Shown here: piece after piece, positions 10,385-23,418 of the stretch
Numbering within the stretch: the first letter of the stretch is position 1
Layout of the letters: each line of letters starts with the position of its first letter
Origin: Saccostrea cucullata
Taxonomy: Eukaryota
Direction: 5' to 3'
NCBI RefSeq assembly: GCF_032062105.1
Contig: NW_026928013.1
Span: 1 to 64,000, forward strand
Length of the DNA stretch: 64,000 nt
Translations under genes and position numbers: made by a program
The notes under the pieces: generated by a model
Told to the model about the DNA's origin: nothing
Database searches by the model: none
What the model saw: only the letters and a program-made list of their open reading frames with translations

Positions 10385-13300
10385 CTACCCTGGAAGTTTG
10401 ACCGGGGAAGCAAACACGGGTGTAACGCTGGCTAGCGGGGATACCGGGGGTGAGGTCCACGAGTGACTGAGATTCCTCCGCACGGACGGGGACCCCGGGG
10501 CACTTCTGGTCAGCCGGAGGGGGGTCTTGATTGGAGTGGAGGTCCTGTTCATACTGCTTCTGAAAGTAAGTTTATAAAATTTGAAACATCACTGACGAAC
10601 AGTTTGAATCGAAATAGCTTAGGAGAAATTCAATTTATAGACGTTTACAAATGTTGTAGTCTACTCCTTTTATGCCTCCATAATCGAAGATAGATGGATA
10701 AATCATAGTTTTTGTCCTGTCCATCCGTCTGTCTGTCTTTGCTAAAAAACTTTAAACATTGTCCATGATTTTTAATTGGTTGGAGTTATTGTGTATTTCC
10801 TGTGATAAGACTTGTTTTGGATACTAGTACCTTCATATTTGACTTCTTGTGGAAGTCTTGACCTAGGCTTAGAATTTGACCCACTTTTGAAAAACACGTT
10901 TAGAGTATCGGCTTACTGACGGGGTTATGGACAGGTTTCCTGATGTGAAAGTGACTCACCTGTTATTAACGTTTAGGGCTGGCTTACTGATGGGGCTTAT
11001 GATACTAGGTTTACTGACGTGACAGTGTGTTACCTGTTACTGAAGTTTAGGGCTGACTTACTGATTGGGCTTAGGATAGGTTTACTGACGGGGCTATGTA
11101 CAGGTTTACTGATGTGACAGTGACTCACCTGTTACTAACGTTTAGGGCTGGCTTACTGATGGGGCTTAGGATAGGTTTACTGACGTGACAGTGTGTTACC
11201 TGTTACTGAAGTTTAGGGCTGGCTTACTGATTGGGCTTAGGATAGGTTTACTGACGGGGCTATTGACAGGTTTACTGACGTGACAGTGTCTTACCTGTTA
11301 CTAACATTTAGGACTGGCTTACTGATTGGACTTAGGATAGGTTTACTGACGGGGCTATGGACAGGTTTACTGACGTGACAGTGTGTTACCTGTTACTAAC
11401 ATTTAGGACTGGCTTACTGATTGGACTTAGGATAGGTTTACTGACGGGGCTATGGACAAGTTTACTGACTTGACGGTGACTTACCTGTTACTGACGTTTA
11501 GGGCTGGCTTACGGGTGGGGCTATGGACAGGTTTACTGACTTGACGGTGACTTACCTGTTACTGACGTTTAGGGCTGGCTTACGGGTGGGGCTATGGACA
11601 GGTTTACTGACTTGACGGTGACTTACCTGTTACTGACGTTTAGGGCTGGCTTACGGGTGGGGCTATGGACAGGTTTACTGACTTGACGGTGACTTACCTG
11701 TTACTGACGTTTAGGGCTGGCTTACTGATTGGGCTATGGACAGGTTTACTGACGTGACGGTGACTTACCTGTTACTGACGTTTAGGGCTGGCTTACTGAT
11801 TGGGCTATGGACAGGTTTACTGACGGGGCTATGACTAGAGGCGTTGTAGATTTCCTCCTCACTTGAGTCCGAGCTACTTATGGAGTAATTCTTTGTTTCG
11901 TCCGATCTTTACGCGCAAAAACAAAATAAAAGTACAAAAAAATTGATTGCACTGTCAAATCTTTTGTTATAGAAATAACATGTTTATACGTCACGTATAT
12001 TGGTAATGACTGAACAACTTACAACACTATATACTTTTTGCCGGTTTTGGGGTCGTGCATTCGAGAAAATGTAGAATAACGTTCTTTGTAACTCTCTGGT
12101 GGACAGTTAAAATTCAAGTCGAGGGGTCTATGACTGCCATCATTTTTTCTGGAAAAGAAAATAGTTCTGCATAAATAAATAGTTACATACATCCTATACA
12201 TGTATGTTTTTAGATTATGAAAGCCTTATGCCATATAAAAAAATGTACTGATCCAGTGTCCTATCACTGAATATATCCGCCTCTCAGATAGAGCAATAGA
12301 CTTTGTATGTACGTGTAAAAGTATTTTGTGTCGAAAAGTTATTTCTTGTAAAATTGTATAATGCACAAACACCACGATTGTTCAGAGACAAAAAAAGAAG
12401 AAAGAAAGAAAAAAGAAGCTAAATGCAGTACATCTACTAGTATGTCTGTGATATCAATGTACGTACATCTATGTCTGTGATATCAATGCACGTACATCTA
12501 TGTCTGTGATATCAATGCACGTACATCTATGTCTGTGATATCAATGCACGTACATCTATGTCTGTGATATCAATGCACGTACGTCTATGTCTGTGATATC
12601 AATGCACGTACTTCTATGTCTGTGATATCAATGCACGTACATCTATGTCTGTGATATCAATGCACGTACATCTATGTCTGTGATATCAATGCACGTACGT
12701 CTATGTCTGTGATATCAATGCACGTACGTCTATGTCTGTGATATCAATGCACGTACATCTATGTCTGTGATATCAATGCACGTACATCTATGTCTGTGAT
12801 ATCAATGCACGTACATCTATGTCTGTGATATCAATGCACGTACATCTATGTCTGTGATATCAAGGGATTTGCATGTATGAAAAAAAATAAATGTATTGTT
12901 ATAAATGAATACTAACCGTCTGAAGGTACGATACAACACTGCGATGAAGTAACACACGGCAAAAACGAAAACAGCGACCCCACATCCCACCACAAGTCCC
13001 ACCCAAAACGCCTGGTCTGAAACAAAGTTTGATAAAACTTGTATGAATTACAAAAATACTTAAAATGTGTTCCGAAAATCATACGAATTCATTTTATTTT
13101 GACTGTATTAATAAAATATTTATTTATTTGTCTGCCAAATTTCATGATTTTACTTACATGTAAATGTAACATGAAATCTGTCTTCAAGAATGTTTTGAAT
13201 TACATCTAAATTACACATAATACTATTAATAACGTAACCTTGAACAAAGAATTATATTCATATTTAAAATATTAATAAGTAGTTTTGCTCAAAACATCCA

Positions 13301-16300
13301 TAATAAGTGCTATTCAAATAATATTTTTATACATAAATGATATACATAGTCCTTTTCTACATGAAGTTTTTGGTTTTCTTTCATAAACTAAACTTTTTTG
13401 CATTTAGATTTACATGACAGGCCGTAGGAACTTGGAAGCAATTTCATTGGGAAAAGGGGGGGGGGGGGGCGGGGGTTAACATGTGTTTGTCCAGAAAGTG
13501 AACGCAACATGTCATACTAGTAATTGTTTGATGAGAAAATGTCAAAAAAAGCTCCATAAGTAAATACTGCATTAATTTAAATAGTAAAAGAAATTAAATG
13601 TAGGTAATACTTAGTATATGATTATTTTAGCATTTCATACATTCTAGATATCACAACCTGAGTGTATGCAACTTTTCGTAAAGCATTCATGCAGATCACT
13701 CATTAGTACATACAAGTGCAAAATATGAAGTGAATATAAGAAAATATAAACCTTCCGTAATATCGCGTGGTCTTTCCTTTTCTGTCTTCTGTTGCATCTC
13801 AGAATGCTTTGGCTTGTCTTTCCAGAAGGTCGATACGTTAGCCAGGACGCCAAGTTTGTGTACGAGTGCAGAAAGGTCAGCTAAGTTGTCCTCACGTGAT
13901 GAAGGGGTTTTACTTTTAAGGATCTGCTTTTCTATTTTCTTTTTGTCATTCGCGACTTCGTCATCCTGGGTTGCTGCCGCCGTTGGTTCAGTCTTTATTA
14001 TAATTGGCTTTGATACCTCGCCATAATGAAATGGACCTAAAATAGAGCGATTAATCGAATGCATAAAAAATTAAAAAGGAACATGACAGAAAATAATTTT
14101 TCCTTTTTCAATTGTAAGATATGTATTTAAAAAAAAAAACCTTTTCAATAACTCATGTCATTTTTAATACATAAAAATATTTGTTTGTCCTCTCTCGACT
14201 CAAATTGAAAGAATGAGTTGAAAGATAGGTTAGAATTTTTTCCCAAGAAATTTCAAGATCAATGATAAATTTTCAAAAATCTATTTTCCTGAAATAATAT
14301 GAAAAAAATAGTAGTTTCTTGGAGGTGAAAAAGATTTTAGTCTCAAGTTTGACCATTTTTACTTAGTGAAGAGATGGCATGCAAACAATTTTTTTAAGTC
14401 GATTTATGCCCAACCTTTTCTAGGATCATGCTTTCCGAGTCGTATTTTCTCTCGCTCGCTGGTAAGTAAATGCCGTAGGTGTTTTACCAGCCTCTGATGT
14501 TCAGCTTGTCGCGATGTCTGCTGACTCTCCGTTGTTTCTTTCCGATGATTAGGTATCTTGACGACGACATTTTGTTTCTTGTCGGATGGAAATAAGGGAA
14601 CACTTTTCAACTTTGATTTTTCTTCATTGTTTACTCTTTCTTTTTCTTCTTGTCTATTCTTTCTGTTTTCTTCCTCGTTATTTTTTACCAGCGACTTTTT
14701 GACATCTCGGATCAGGTTTAAGATTTTAGCGTATTCCCTCTCCTTGTTGAAGGGTGTGGGTGCACTGGGAGTTACGGATCCTTTGTTTTGGATTGTGCTG
14801 GGTGGTCGGGTTGTGAACCAAGTTTCAGCAGGCTCGTAGGGGTCAGCGAGAATCCTTTCACAGTCTGAAAGAACATTTTCAGAATCAAAGTAAAAAAAAA
14901 ATAGCCTCCTAAAATGTGCAGGAAACATCAGTATATATTCACTTCCCCAATTTAATCAATGTCTGAAAAAAAAATAAACAATAAAATTCATTTTTTGATA
15001 AGTTAATGTATAGTTCATTTTTTCAATTTTCATCTAAGAAAGGATTAAAACGAGACCTTTAAAAGGTCTTCATCGCGATACATTAAACACATGTTTTCAG
15101 GGGAATGTTTGATTTATTTAGCGTCTTCTAACTTTTAGAAATATAGTGTACGTACTGTTAAGACCTCTGAATATTCAGTAATAAGCATTAATTAATATAC
15201 ATACATCAAAGTATATGTAGTCTAATAAAATGAAATATTAGATTAGAGCTGGTCCATTTCTTAATCTATGAAAACGAATAGCTGTTACCAAATGTAAAGA
15301 AGTATCAAAATATAAATTAAGTTTGTAATCCTCTACGTATACAGTTCTTCTCAACATTAAATTGTTTTTGATTTGCTACGTGGCAGCAGAGATACTCATT
15401 TATTCAATTTATGCACTAGGCCTTTTTAAATGAATAATTTAAATAACAAGAGGCCCACGGGCCTTATAGGTCACCTGAGCATTATGCAACAACTTTCCAG
15501 TTATTGAATTTGATTAATGTTTTAAGCCAGATGGTATATGACATTCACAATTTTGAAAGAGGCACCATTGATCATCATAACAATACACTTAGCAGTTGCT
15601 TAGCTTGGTTACTGAATACGCAGGGTAGGGGAACAAAAATGCATTCCAACTAATCAGTAGTGCCTCTAACACTGTGACCTAAACCCCTGACCCTTAAGGT
15701 CCACACATTGCACAAATTTTAAAAAGGCACCCTTAATATCAATAAATAAATGGTTTATAAATACAAAAGAGCAGATTTCAAACAATAAATTCATTTTCAG
15801 TATATAAGTAGAGCCCCCACCCCACCCCTGACCCTGGGGCCTTGAAATTCACAAGTCTGCAAGATTAGGGCCCTTGCTGATAATAACTATAAAGGTAGTT
15901 CATCTGCTTTATACCCAGAGACAGAGAAGAAAATTTTCAAATATTTAATGTATTTTCACTATATAATCAATAGCGCCCCCCCCCCCCACAAACACCAGAA
16001 CCCCTGACCCTGGGGCCATAAAATTCATAGTTTTAAAAGAGGCATTCGTGCTCATCATAACTATGTACTTAGTTTATTTAATTTCTAGGAGCAGAGTAGA
16101 AGATTTTCAAAGAATTCATGTATTTTCAAAATATAACCAATAGAGCCCCCCCCAACACCAGAACCCTTGACCCTGGGACCATAGAATTCACAATTTTGGT
16201 AAAAACACTCTTGCTCATCATAATTATGCACTTAGTCAGTTTATTTAATACCTTGGATAAGAGTAGTAGATTTTCAAAGAATTCATGTATTTTTACTATA

Positions 16301-18131
16301 TAATCTATAGAGCCCCACCCTAACACCAGAACCCCAGACCCTGGGGCCATAAAATTAAACAATTTTGGTAGAGGCACTCTTGCTCATCATAACTTGCACT
16401 TAGTTAGTTTATTTAATACCTAGGAGCAGAGAAGAAGATTTTCAAAGAATTCGTTATTTTCACTATATAATCAATAGAGCCCCCCCTCCCTAACACAAGA
16501 ACCCTTGACCCTGGGGCCATAAAATTCACAATTTTGGTTGAGGCACTCTTGCTCATCATAACTATGCAATTAGTTAGTTTATTTTATACCTAGGAGCAGA
16601 GTAGAAGATTTTCAAAGAATTCATGTATTTTCACTATATAATCAACAGACCCCCCCCCCCCCCTCCCTTACACAAGAACCCTTGACCCTGGGGCCATAAA
16701 ATTCACAATTATGGTAGCTAGGCTCTCTTGCTCATCATAACTATGCACTTAGTTAGTATATTTAATACCCAGGGGCAGAGAAGAAGATTTTCAAAGAAAT
16801 CATGTGTTTTCACTATATATAATCAATAGAGCCCCGCCCTAACACAAGAACCCCTGACCCTAGGGCCATAAAATTCACAATTTTGGTAGAGGCACTCTTG
16901 CTCATCATAACTATGTACTTATTTGGTTTATTTAATACCCAGGAGTAGAAAAAGATTTTCAAAGAAATAATGCATTTTCACTATATACTTATTTAGCCCC
17001 GCCCTAGCACTAGAACACACCTGACCCCAGGGCCATGAATTTCACAATTTTGGTAGAGGACTAAATTTTTGCTGATTACAATCATGCATTAACAGTTAAT
17101 TAATATACATGTATAAAAGTATATGTAGTCTAATAAAATGAAATATTAAGTTAGATTGCATTTCTTAATTTTAGTGGTTTTGTTACCAAATATAAAGAAG
17201 GGGCAAAATATAAATCATAATTTTTGTAACCCTCTTCACGTATACATGCTATATGCTAAAATTATTAAATTGGTTTTTTTTTGAAAATGTTATGTGGCAG
17301 CAGAGATACTCATTTATTCAATTTATGCACTAGGCCTTTTTTTTTTAAATAAATATTTTAAATAAATAAATAATAAAGTCATGGCATTTTAAAAATCTGT
17401 GATGTAGGCCTATGTAGAATTTCTGTGTACGTGTGTGTTGGGAGGGGGGCACTTTTTCTTACATACAGGACATCCCTATTTACTTTACTAAACAAGTGCC
17501 TGGGGGTCCCATTCTCTATCCAGAGTTGTCGTTCCCGCTACAGTGAAAGCGTAGTGGCAGACAAGCTGACAACCCTGGATAGAGAAGGATGGGAGGTATT
17601 CCAAGTAGGTAAGGTAAAAGAGCGGTAACTCCTAAGTGCATGTGAGTATAGTTTTGTATGAGAAGTCTGACATAAATCATAATAAAATCACTGTATGTTA
17701 ATATGCAAGAAAATCTCATTATAAACAAAGCAATGAAAGCTTACCAGATATATAATCTCTAACATACACCCCAGCATTGTCAATGTCCGAAATCATATGA
17801 CAGCAAGATGGAACTTACAAAGAATATTGTGTGGTGTTTTCTTTTGTAGTTATAATGTGATCTTAATGAGTGTAAAATTGTAAACATACATTTTATAAGA
17901 AAATAAACGTTTCGAATGTACGCAAATATCGACAATAGGCTTATAAAAAACGGTATCTACAACTTCTGTCTTCATCGCTTTATCCATACTGGAGCTATGT
18001 ATGCAATGCTTCATCTTGTCTACGACGTCATGCATAAAAAAAAACAAGTTGTAGATAATCTAAAATGAAAAGAAAAACTTACAGGCATCAAGAATCAGAC
18101 TGAAGAGCAAAAGTCGAATTATCTTTAGCAT
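10385..18131 (-). CDS. Uncharacterised type-I single-pass membrane protein (~440 aa, 7 exons)
   Basis: Exons 18131-18083 (signal peptide MLKIIRLLLFSLILDA), 14864-14415, 14036-13752, 13016-12917 (TM FWVGLVVGCGVAVFVFAVCYFIAVLY then RTFRR), 12148-12023, 11906-11769, 10559-10385. GT-AG, phase-compatible, 1323 nt. Cytoplasmic tail is Ser/Pro-rich. AATAAA on the minus strand near 10285. Confidence 0.7.
10668..10897 (-). mobile_element. Truncated Helentron/HINE-like fragment, same family as 361-902
   Basis: ttttatgcctcc...atagtttttgtcctgtccatccgtctgtctgtc...aaaaactttaa...tgtgataagac...ttgacc mirrors 361-600. Confidence 0.6.
10900..11833. repeat. Tandem array of 71-bp (and ~90-100-bp variant) units derived from an exon end plus splice donor
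   Basis: Unit gacttacctgttactgacgtttagggctggcttac...gggctatggacaggtttactgac starts at 11478, 11549, 11620, 11691 and 11762 (71-bp period). More diverged copies run down to ~10950. Confidence 0.9.
12442..12862. repeat. 29-bp minisatellite, ~14 near-identical copies
   Basis: Unit atgtctgtgatatcaatgcacgtacatct, in an intron of the membrane-protein gene. Confidence 0.95.
15445..17085 (+). mobile_element. Helentron-like element carrying a Cg170-like ~170-bp satellite array
   Basis: Starts aacaagaggcccacgggccttataggtcacctgag. About 8-9 diverged units of agaacccctgaccctggggccataaaattcacaattttggtagaggc...ggagcagagaagaagattttcaaagaa...ttttcactata. Resembles the oyster 166-bp Cg170 satellite as I recall it. 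Confidence 0.75.
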
Positions 18132-21100
18132 AATTTCTTAACATACCGGTTAGCACTTATCTATGACGTCACATTCTACGTCATTTTAATTTTGTTATAT
18201 TCCGATCCCGACGTTATTTTTTTCGACTCGAGATTATTGCTTTGCTTTAGGTCTAACACTATTTTCAAAACAAGTAAAATTTGTTTAATTTACGACACAA
18301 TAGAAAGCTTAAATAAAAAGAAAAGAATCAAATAAATGTATACAGCGAAAGTGAATAAGCTTTTAGTATGTGATTTTTAGGTAAGTATAAGTTTTATAAC
18401 CTCAATACAAGTCATTTCGTGTCATATTCCTCCTAGTTTCATGACTCTGGATCAAAATAACCGTTTTCCCGGTTTTTTTGCTGTGTGCCTGAATTGTCAC
18501 ACCTGTCGCCTGTGGCAGTCGCTGCTTGGAAAACCGACATGTGCAGCGTGAATGGCGAAAAAGGTTCCGTGAGATCGGAGGATTTACTCTGAAGAATACT
18601 TTCAGGAAGGGGCCCTGAGGTATTTCTTCACGCAAATATAGTATCGGAAACGTCAGATTGTGTTCGCCAGACGAGCAAGGTGTAATCAGGGGAATAGCAA
18701 GCCGACCATTGTCATTAACTTCTTTAGTGAAGTTTTGCCGGAGCGTGGCTTTCTTTTCTTTCGGAGACTTCTGATCATTCTATTAACGTTTTGCAGGGAT
18801 GCTTAAGAAATTAGAACAGTTTGTTTTTCCTTATATTTATAATTCTTGTTTAAAGAACTGGATCGCGTATCAAGTATTTTTGGCGCGTGTTTGAAATACT
18901 GAGAGACGTCGAAAGAAATTAAAAAGTTGCACATAATACTACTATTTAGTACAATCTATCATTACCAACAAACGCCATTTCCCCCAATGATATGAATATA
19001 AAAAGGAAAGCATAAATCGCATCGCAATCCAAACAATATGCAGCGCACTGTATAAACCGTAATATATATTTCCGCGAAATAATTGTACACATTTTATTTT
19101 TTGTCAAGAATAAACTCATTGACTTTATTTTAGTGATAAATTCCATTTGAACTTTAATACGGATGCTATAAATTGTCTGCTTTAACCGATTAATTAAGGG
19201 AAAAAATACTTTTCTCAGCAGAATATATAATTGCTACCGAATGCATTGCCCATGTCATGAAGTTTAAAGTTGTTCCAAAAAGTTATCCCTTGATTCATCT
19301 TCTCAAACCACTGTTCGGATTCCGCATACAGCTTTTTCCAGAATGGGAGAGGATCGTACTTTTTGGACTTAGTTTGCGACGATGCCTTTGATTAAGATGT
19401 AGAAGAACATTACATCCATTAAATTAATCTTTTAAGAAATCTTAACATATTTTATTTCTGTTATTTTCACAAAATATTTCATGGTCGAACAAGGAGAATA
19501 GTTTTATCATTTAATCATTTAATTCGAAAACAGGTACAGTTTTATAATCTTTTAATCTGAAGTAAACACATTAATTTGTGTTAAGGTGAACGACTTTATC
19601 ACCAGAACCTCAAGTCTAAAAGAAATTCGATTGTCGCCTGGAACCATTCCTAGTGTGTGTGACCAATTTGTAATGTCGGCACCATGAAACATTTCTAACG
19701 TCAGTTTTCTTTTTAATTTCTCAATGACGATCATAATGATTGGAAGAGGTTGTCAGCAGACGACAACTTATCCTTTATATCATTAGCGCGCTGGACGCGG
19801 CAGCTGAGACACCGCCACTTCCGTGCGCAGCAGAAGAGTGCGGGCGGATGTAGGGGACTTCGGGGCCCCCTCGATATCAATAAAATGAGCAGTCTATGAC
19901 AGTTAAATGATCAGCCAGAGGGTTGGGGTTTCATGCTTAAAAGTTTTTATTTCTTGAATTTCAAATAAATAAACGGATAGCTGTCAAGACGCTACTGGGA
20001 CATCAGGATTACCTTGATGCTGTGAAGTTATTGCTAACAGGGGAAACATTCCGAAAATGTTTTGGAAAATTCCTGGCTGTACATGTGTGTTCAAGATCTT
20101 GAAAATCAATGATTTTATTTATTCTTTTTTTTTTTGCTCAACTTATATATATATATATATATATTATGTTTTCTCCGTTCTTGTTTCCATTCAAATTATT
20201 TTTTGTTAAGATAACAAGTTAATCTAACTGTGTCTCGGGACAAGCTCTCGCTACACCGGGTCCTTAGTACAGTATCATTTTAATACGATAGAAGGTTCTA
20301 TCTAGCAATAATTATATTCAAAGACATTTTTCCTGCAAAACTAAAACTTATAGGCTAAATATAGCTACTTAAATAACGGGAAATAAACACCAAATTTCAA
20401 TGTAATCCTAATGAAACATGCGCTTGACATGTATATATTGAAGATGATGACGTCGTCGTCCATCTATACTTGCCACCCTCCTTATCTTGTCAACGGGACG
20501 AGCTTTAGAAATAACAGACCCTCATATACTGATTAGAAACAAATTAATGTCAATTTCACAAGACCCAAATGAAGAAATGATACTGTCGGAACCAATATTG
20601 GTATCTACGGTAGAAATTTGTCCGGGGTTCAGGTCATTCATCATGCAATCAATTACCCCTGACGCCGTCTTCAGCATACGCTTGCCAGAGAAAAAAAGTT
20701 TTATCAAAGTCCTATCAAATTGTATCGGAGGGAATAAATTCCGATTTGTCAAATCATGACCGTCGACTAACGGTAGGCAGGTCCCCGGAAAACTCCATAG
20801 TGTATAGGAAGGGCAACGCATTGTGGCGAAGGTTCTGAAACAAATATGAATCAAATCTTCTTTTATACTTTATCAAAGCTTGGCTCAGAAATTGATTATT
20901 TTGCATCATCATAATTATTGTTTCAACATGATTCATATTAGTTATAGTTCTATCATTGAAAATTTGCCCCCGTTTCCCCTCTTCCACGAATAGGAATCAA
21001 AGTCGAAGAAAGTTAAAGACAACTTTATAGCATGATGAAAACTTTATTTTTGATATTTACAAAATATATGTTTTATTGACAAATACTTTGTGCTACAAAT

Positions 21101-22482
21101 GCATGTACATTTATTTAGTTTCTGTAGCTTTTTTATGTAAAAATAATTTTGTTCCAGTCTAAAAAGCTTCGAACTTTTTATTTAAATCTAAATTCTATTT
21201 AGTTTTATATTTTAAAAAATATGACCATTTTTATATTCAAGAACCTTTCTTTCGCATGAATTAAATTCTAGTTTAACCATCCCCAAAAATATCTTTTGTT
21301 GAACAGGTCTGTTGAAAGATCTATATTTTTAAACTTTTATAGCTCTTAAAAGTTATCGAAACATTATTATCATTAATAAAAAGCACTGTAATTTAGTACT
21401 TTTAAAGTGCAGATGAAAACTCCAATAAAAGGATATAAAATCTGTGCGTTTCCCTCAAGATGATTCTTAGGAATATGCAGTTAAAAGGCTGTACTCATCT
21501 CGAAAATAAAGGAAGGGTTTTAATAAACAGTTGGTCCTTATTAGTTTCGTTAGCCATTTTTCCCTTGTTGCTGAAGAAAATACCCCCGTCAAGACGAGGC
21601 ATTACAGCTCCATTAAATCATCATTTGCAGATAAAACATTCCAATTTGTAGATCTAAACAAGAGCTCGTCGTTCGTTGTTTTACGGTCCTAGGGTTCGCT
21701 CCAAAATCTATAAACGTGGCTTTCCATTGATTTCGGACCAAAAGCGGAAAAAATGTAGAATAATTTCAAGTCGTCCTAAGTTAGACACGTGTTGTTTCGA
21801 GATGATGTCTGAAAGTCCTCGTTTCGTTTCCTCATTATGAAGGACGATTGCTTTTAAATTGAATGTTGCGCTATCACTTTGGGCATTGAAGTCGTTTGAT
21901 AAAGAATTATCACTGAGTTGTTTATAGAATTTGAATTTATCATCTCGTATAGTTGTATGTTTAACTTTCTGTGATGTAGAAAAACGTTTACATTTTTATC
22001 AACATGTCTGTCCGTATTTTTTTGGTATATAAAATCTATCAATATCTATTTTCATTTCTTGTAAACGTTGATAGGTATAAGATTACAAATATAACTTGAA
22101 TGTGTCTACTAAAAATAGTTTTTCTAATGCAAAAAATGAATATTTCAAAAAAATTCATATACTTCCAAAATTTGCAATTTAGCCTTAAAACTTTCTGACA
22201 GGAATATTGCATCGATACACCTTGTGTTATTTCTATAACTATAAAAATATTGGCTATCATTTTATCATTGTTTATTTACTAATCAGAATTTTTTGCAAGA
22301 AAGTTTGTACACATGCACAACATTCTTTAATTTTGATTCAACAAATAAAAAGCACAATTCTAAAGATAAAATAATGTACAAAACTAAAATAACAAATCAG
22401 AATACCAAGTTTTAAAAATAATTACAACACAATTATACACGCATTTATTAAATATATATTTTAAAAATAATTACAACAAAAC

Positions 22483-23418
22483 AAAGTTATTGGTATCATA
22501 TGTAAGGTCTTGCCACAAAGAATATAAATATTTAAAATATGATAGTCCTAGTTTCTACCGTTCAAAAGTTGTATATAAACTCCAAGGTCAAGGTCAAATC
22601 TAGGTTATACTATGTTAATGGTTAAATTAAATAACCAAAATACTCTTAGTTTCCCTAGAATCTTTAAAAACTACCATTATACAGCACTATGTACATATAG
22701 AAAGAGGTGAGCTATATACATTTGCAATTTTTTTTTTGGGTCAAAGTTCTTGGTATGCAATGAAAGGCCTTCTCTTAGGGATTACATACGTGAAGTACGA
22801 AAGCCCTAGCCCTTACCGTTTAAAAGTTATGGTCAAGGTTAAAGTTTTTCAGAAGTACGTAAATTTCCAAGGTCAAGGTTAAAAGGTCAAAATTGTTGGT
22901 ATCCAATGAAAGGTCTTGCCACAAAGAATATATATGTGAAACATAAAAGTCCTTGTATCTACTGTACAAAAGTTGTGACCAAGGTTATAATTCTTAAAAA
23001 GTAGTTAAAACTCCAAGGTCAAGGTCAAAAGGTCAAAGTTCTTGGTATCCAATGAAAGGTCTTTTTACAAGAATAACTTATTTGAAGTATAAAAGCCATA
23101 GCCCTTACTGTTCAAAAATTATGGCCAAGGTTAAAGTTTTTTCATAAGTACGTAAATTTCCAAGGTCAAGGTCAATAGGTCAGTGTTGTTGGAAAGTCCT
23201 AGTACCTACCATTCAAAAGTTATGGCCAAAGTAAAAGTTTAAAAATTTTGTGTAAAAGTGGGACAGACTCCAAGGTCAAAAGGTCAAATTTGGTGGTACC
23301 CAAAGAAAGGTCTTATCACAAGGAATACACATGTGAAATATGAAAATCATAGCTCCACTAAATCAAAAGTTATGGGCTAAAGTTTTTGTGACGGACAGAC
23401 TTGGAATCCCCTCGCTTT
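22483..23418 (+). mobile_element. Helentron/HINE-like element with internal tandem repeats, interrupted by a duplicated flank
   Basis: Repeated aaagttatggccaaggttaaag, caaggtcaaggtcaaaaggtcaaa and ggtatccaatgaaaggtctt motifs. Ends gacggacagac..atcccctcgcttt. Related in reverse orientation to the 1-902 repeats. Confidence 0.7.

Noticed and set aside
12442-12862. Functional role for the 29-bp minisatellite
   Set aside because: Ordinary intronic VNTR. The unit is not a multiple of 3 and has no spacers.
4959-14839. Plus-strand ORFs such as 4959-5324, 7378-7674, 8041-8412, 13730-14026 and 14558-14839
   Set aside because: They are antisense shadows of real minus-strand exons.
16118-16377. ORFs within the satellite array
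   Set aside because: Chance open frames in tandem repeat units.
17460-18060. Extra coding exons in intron 1 of the membrane-protein gene
   Set aside because: Splice-like sites exist, but I could not build a stop-free, phase-compatible chain. Exon 1 joins 14864 directly in phase.
20487-20987. Overlapping 77-110 aa ORFs on both strands
   Set aside because: Non-ATG starts, no recognisable motifs and no convincing splice structure.
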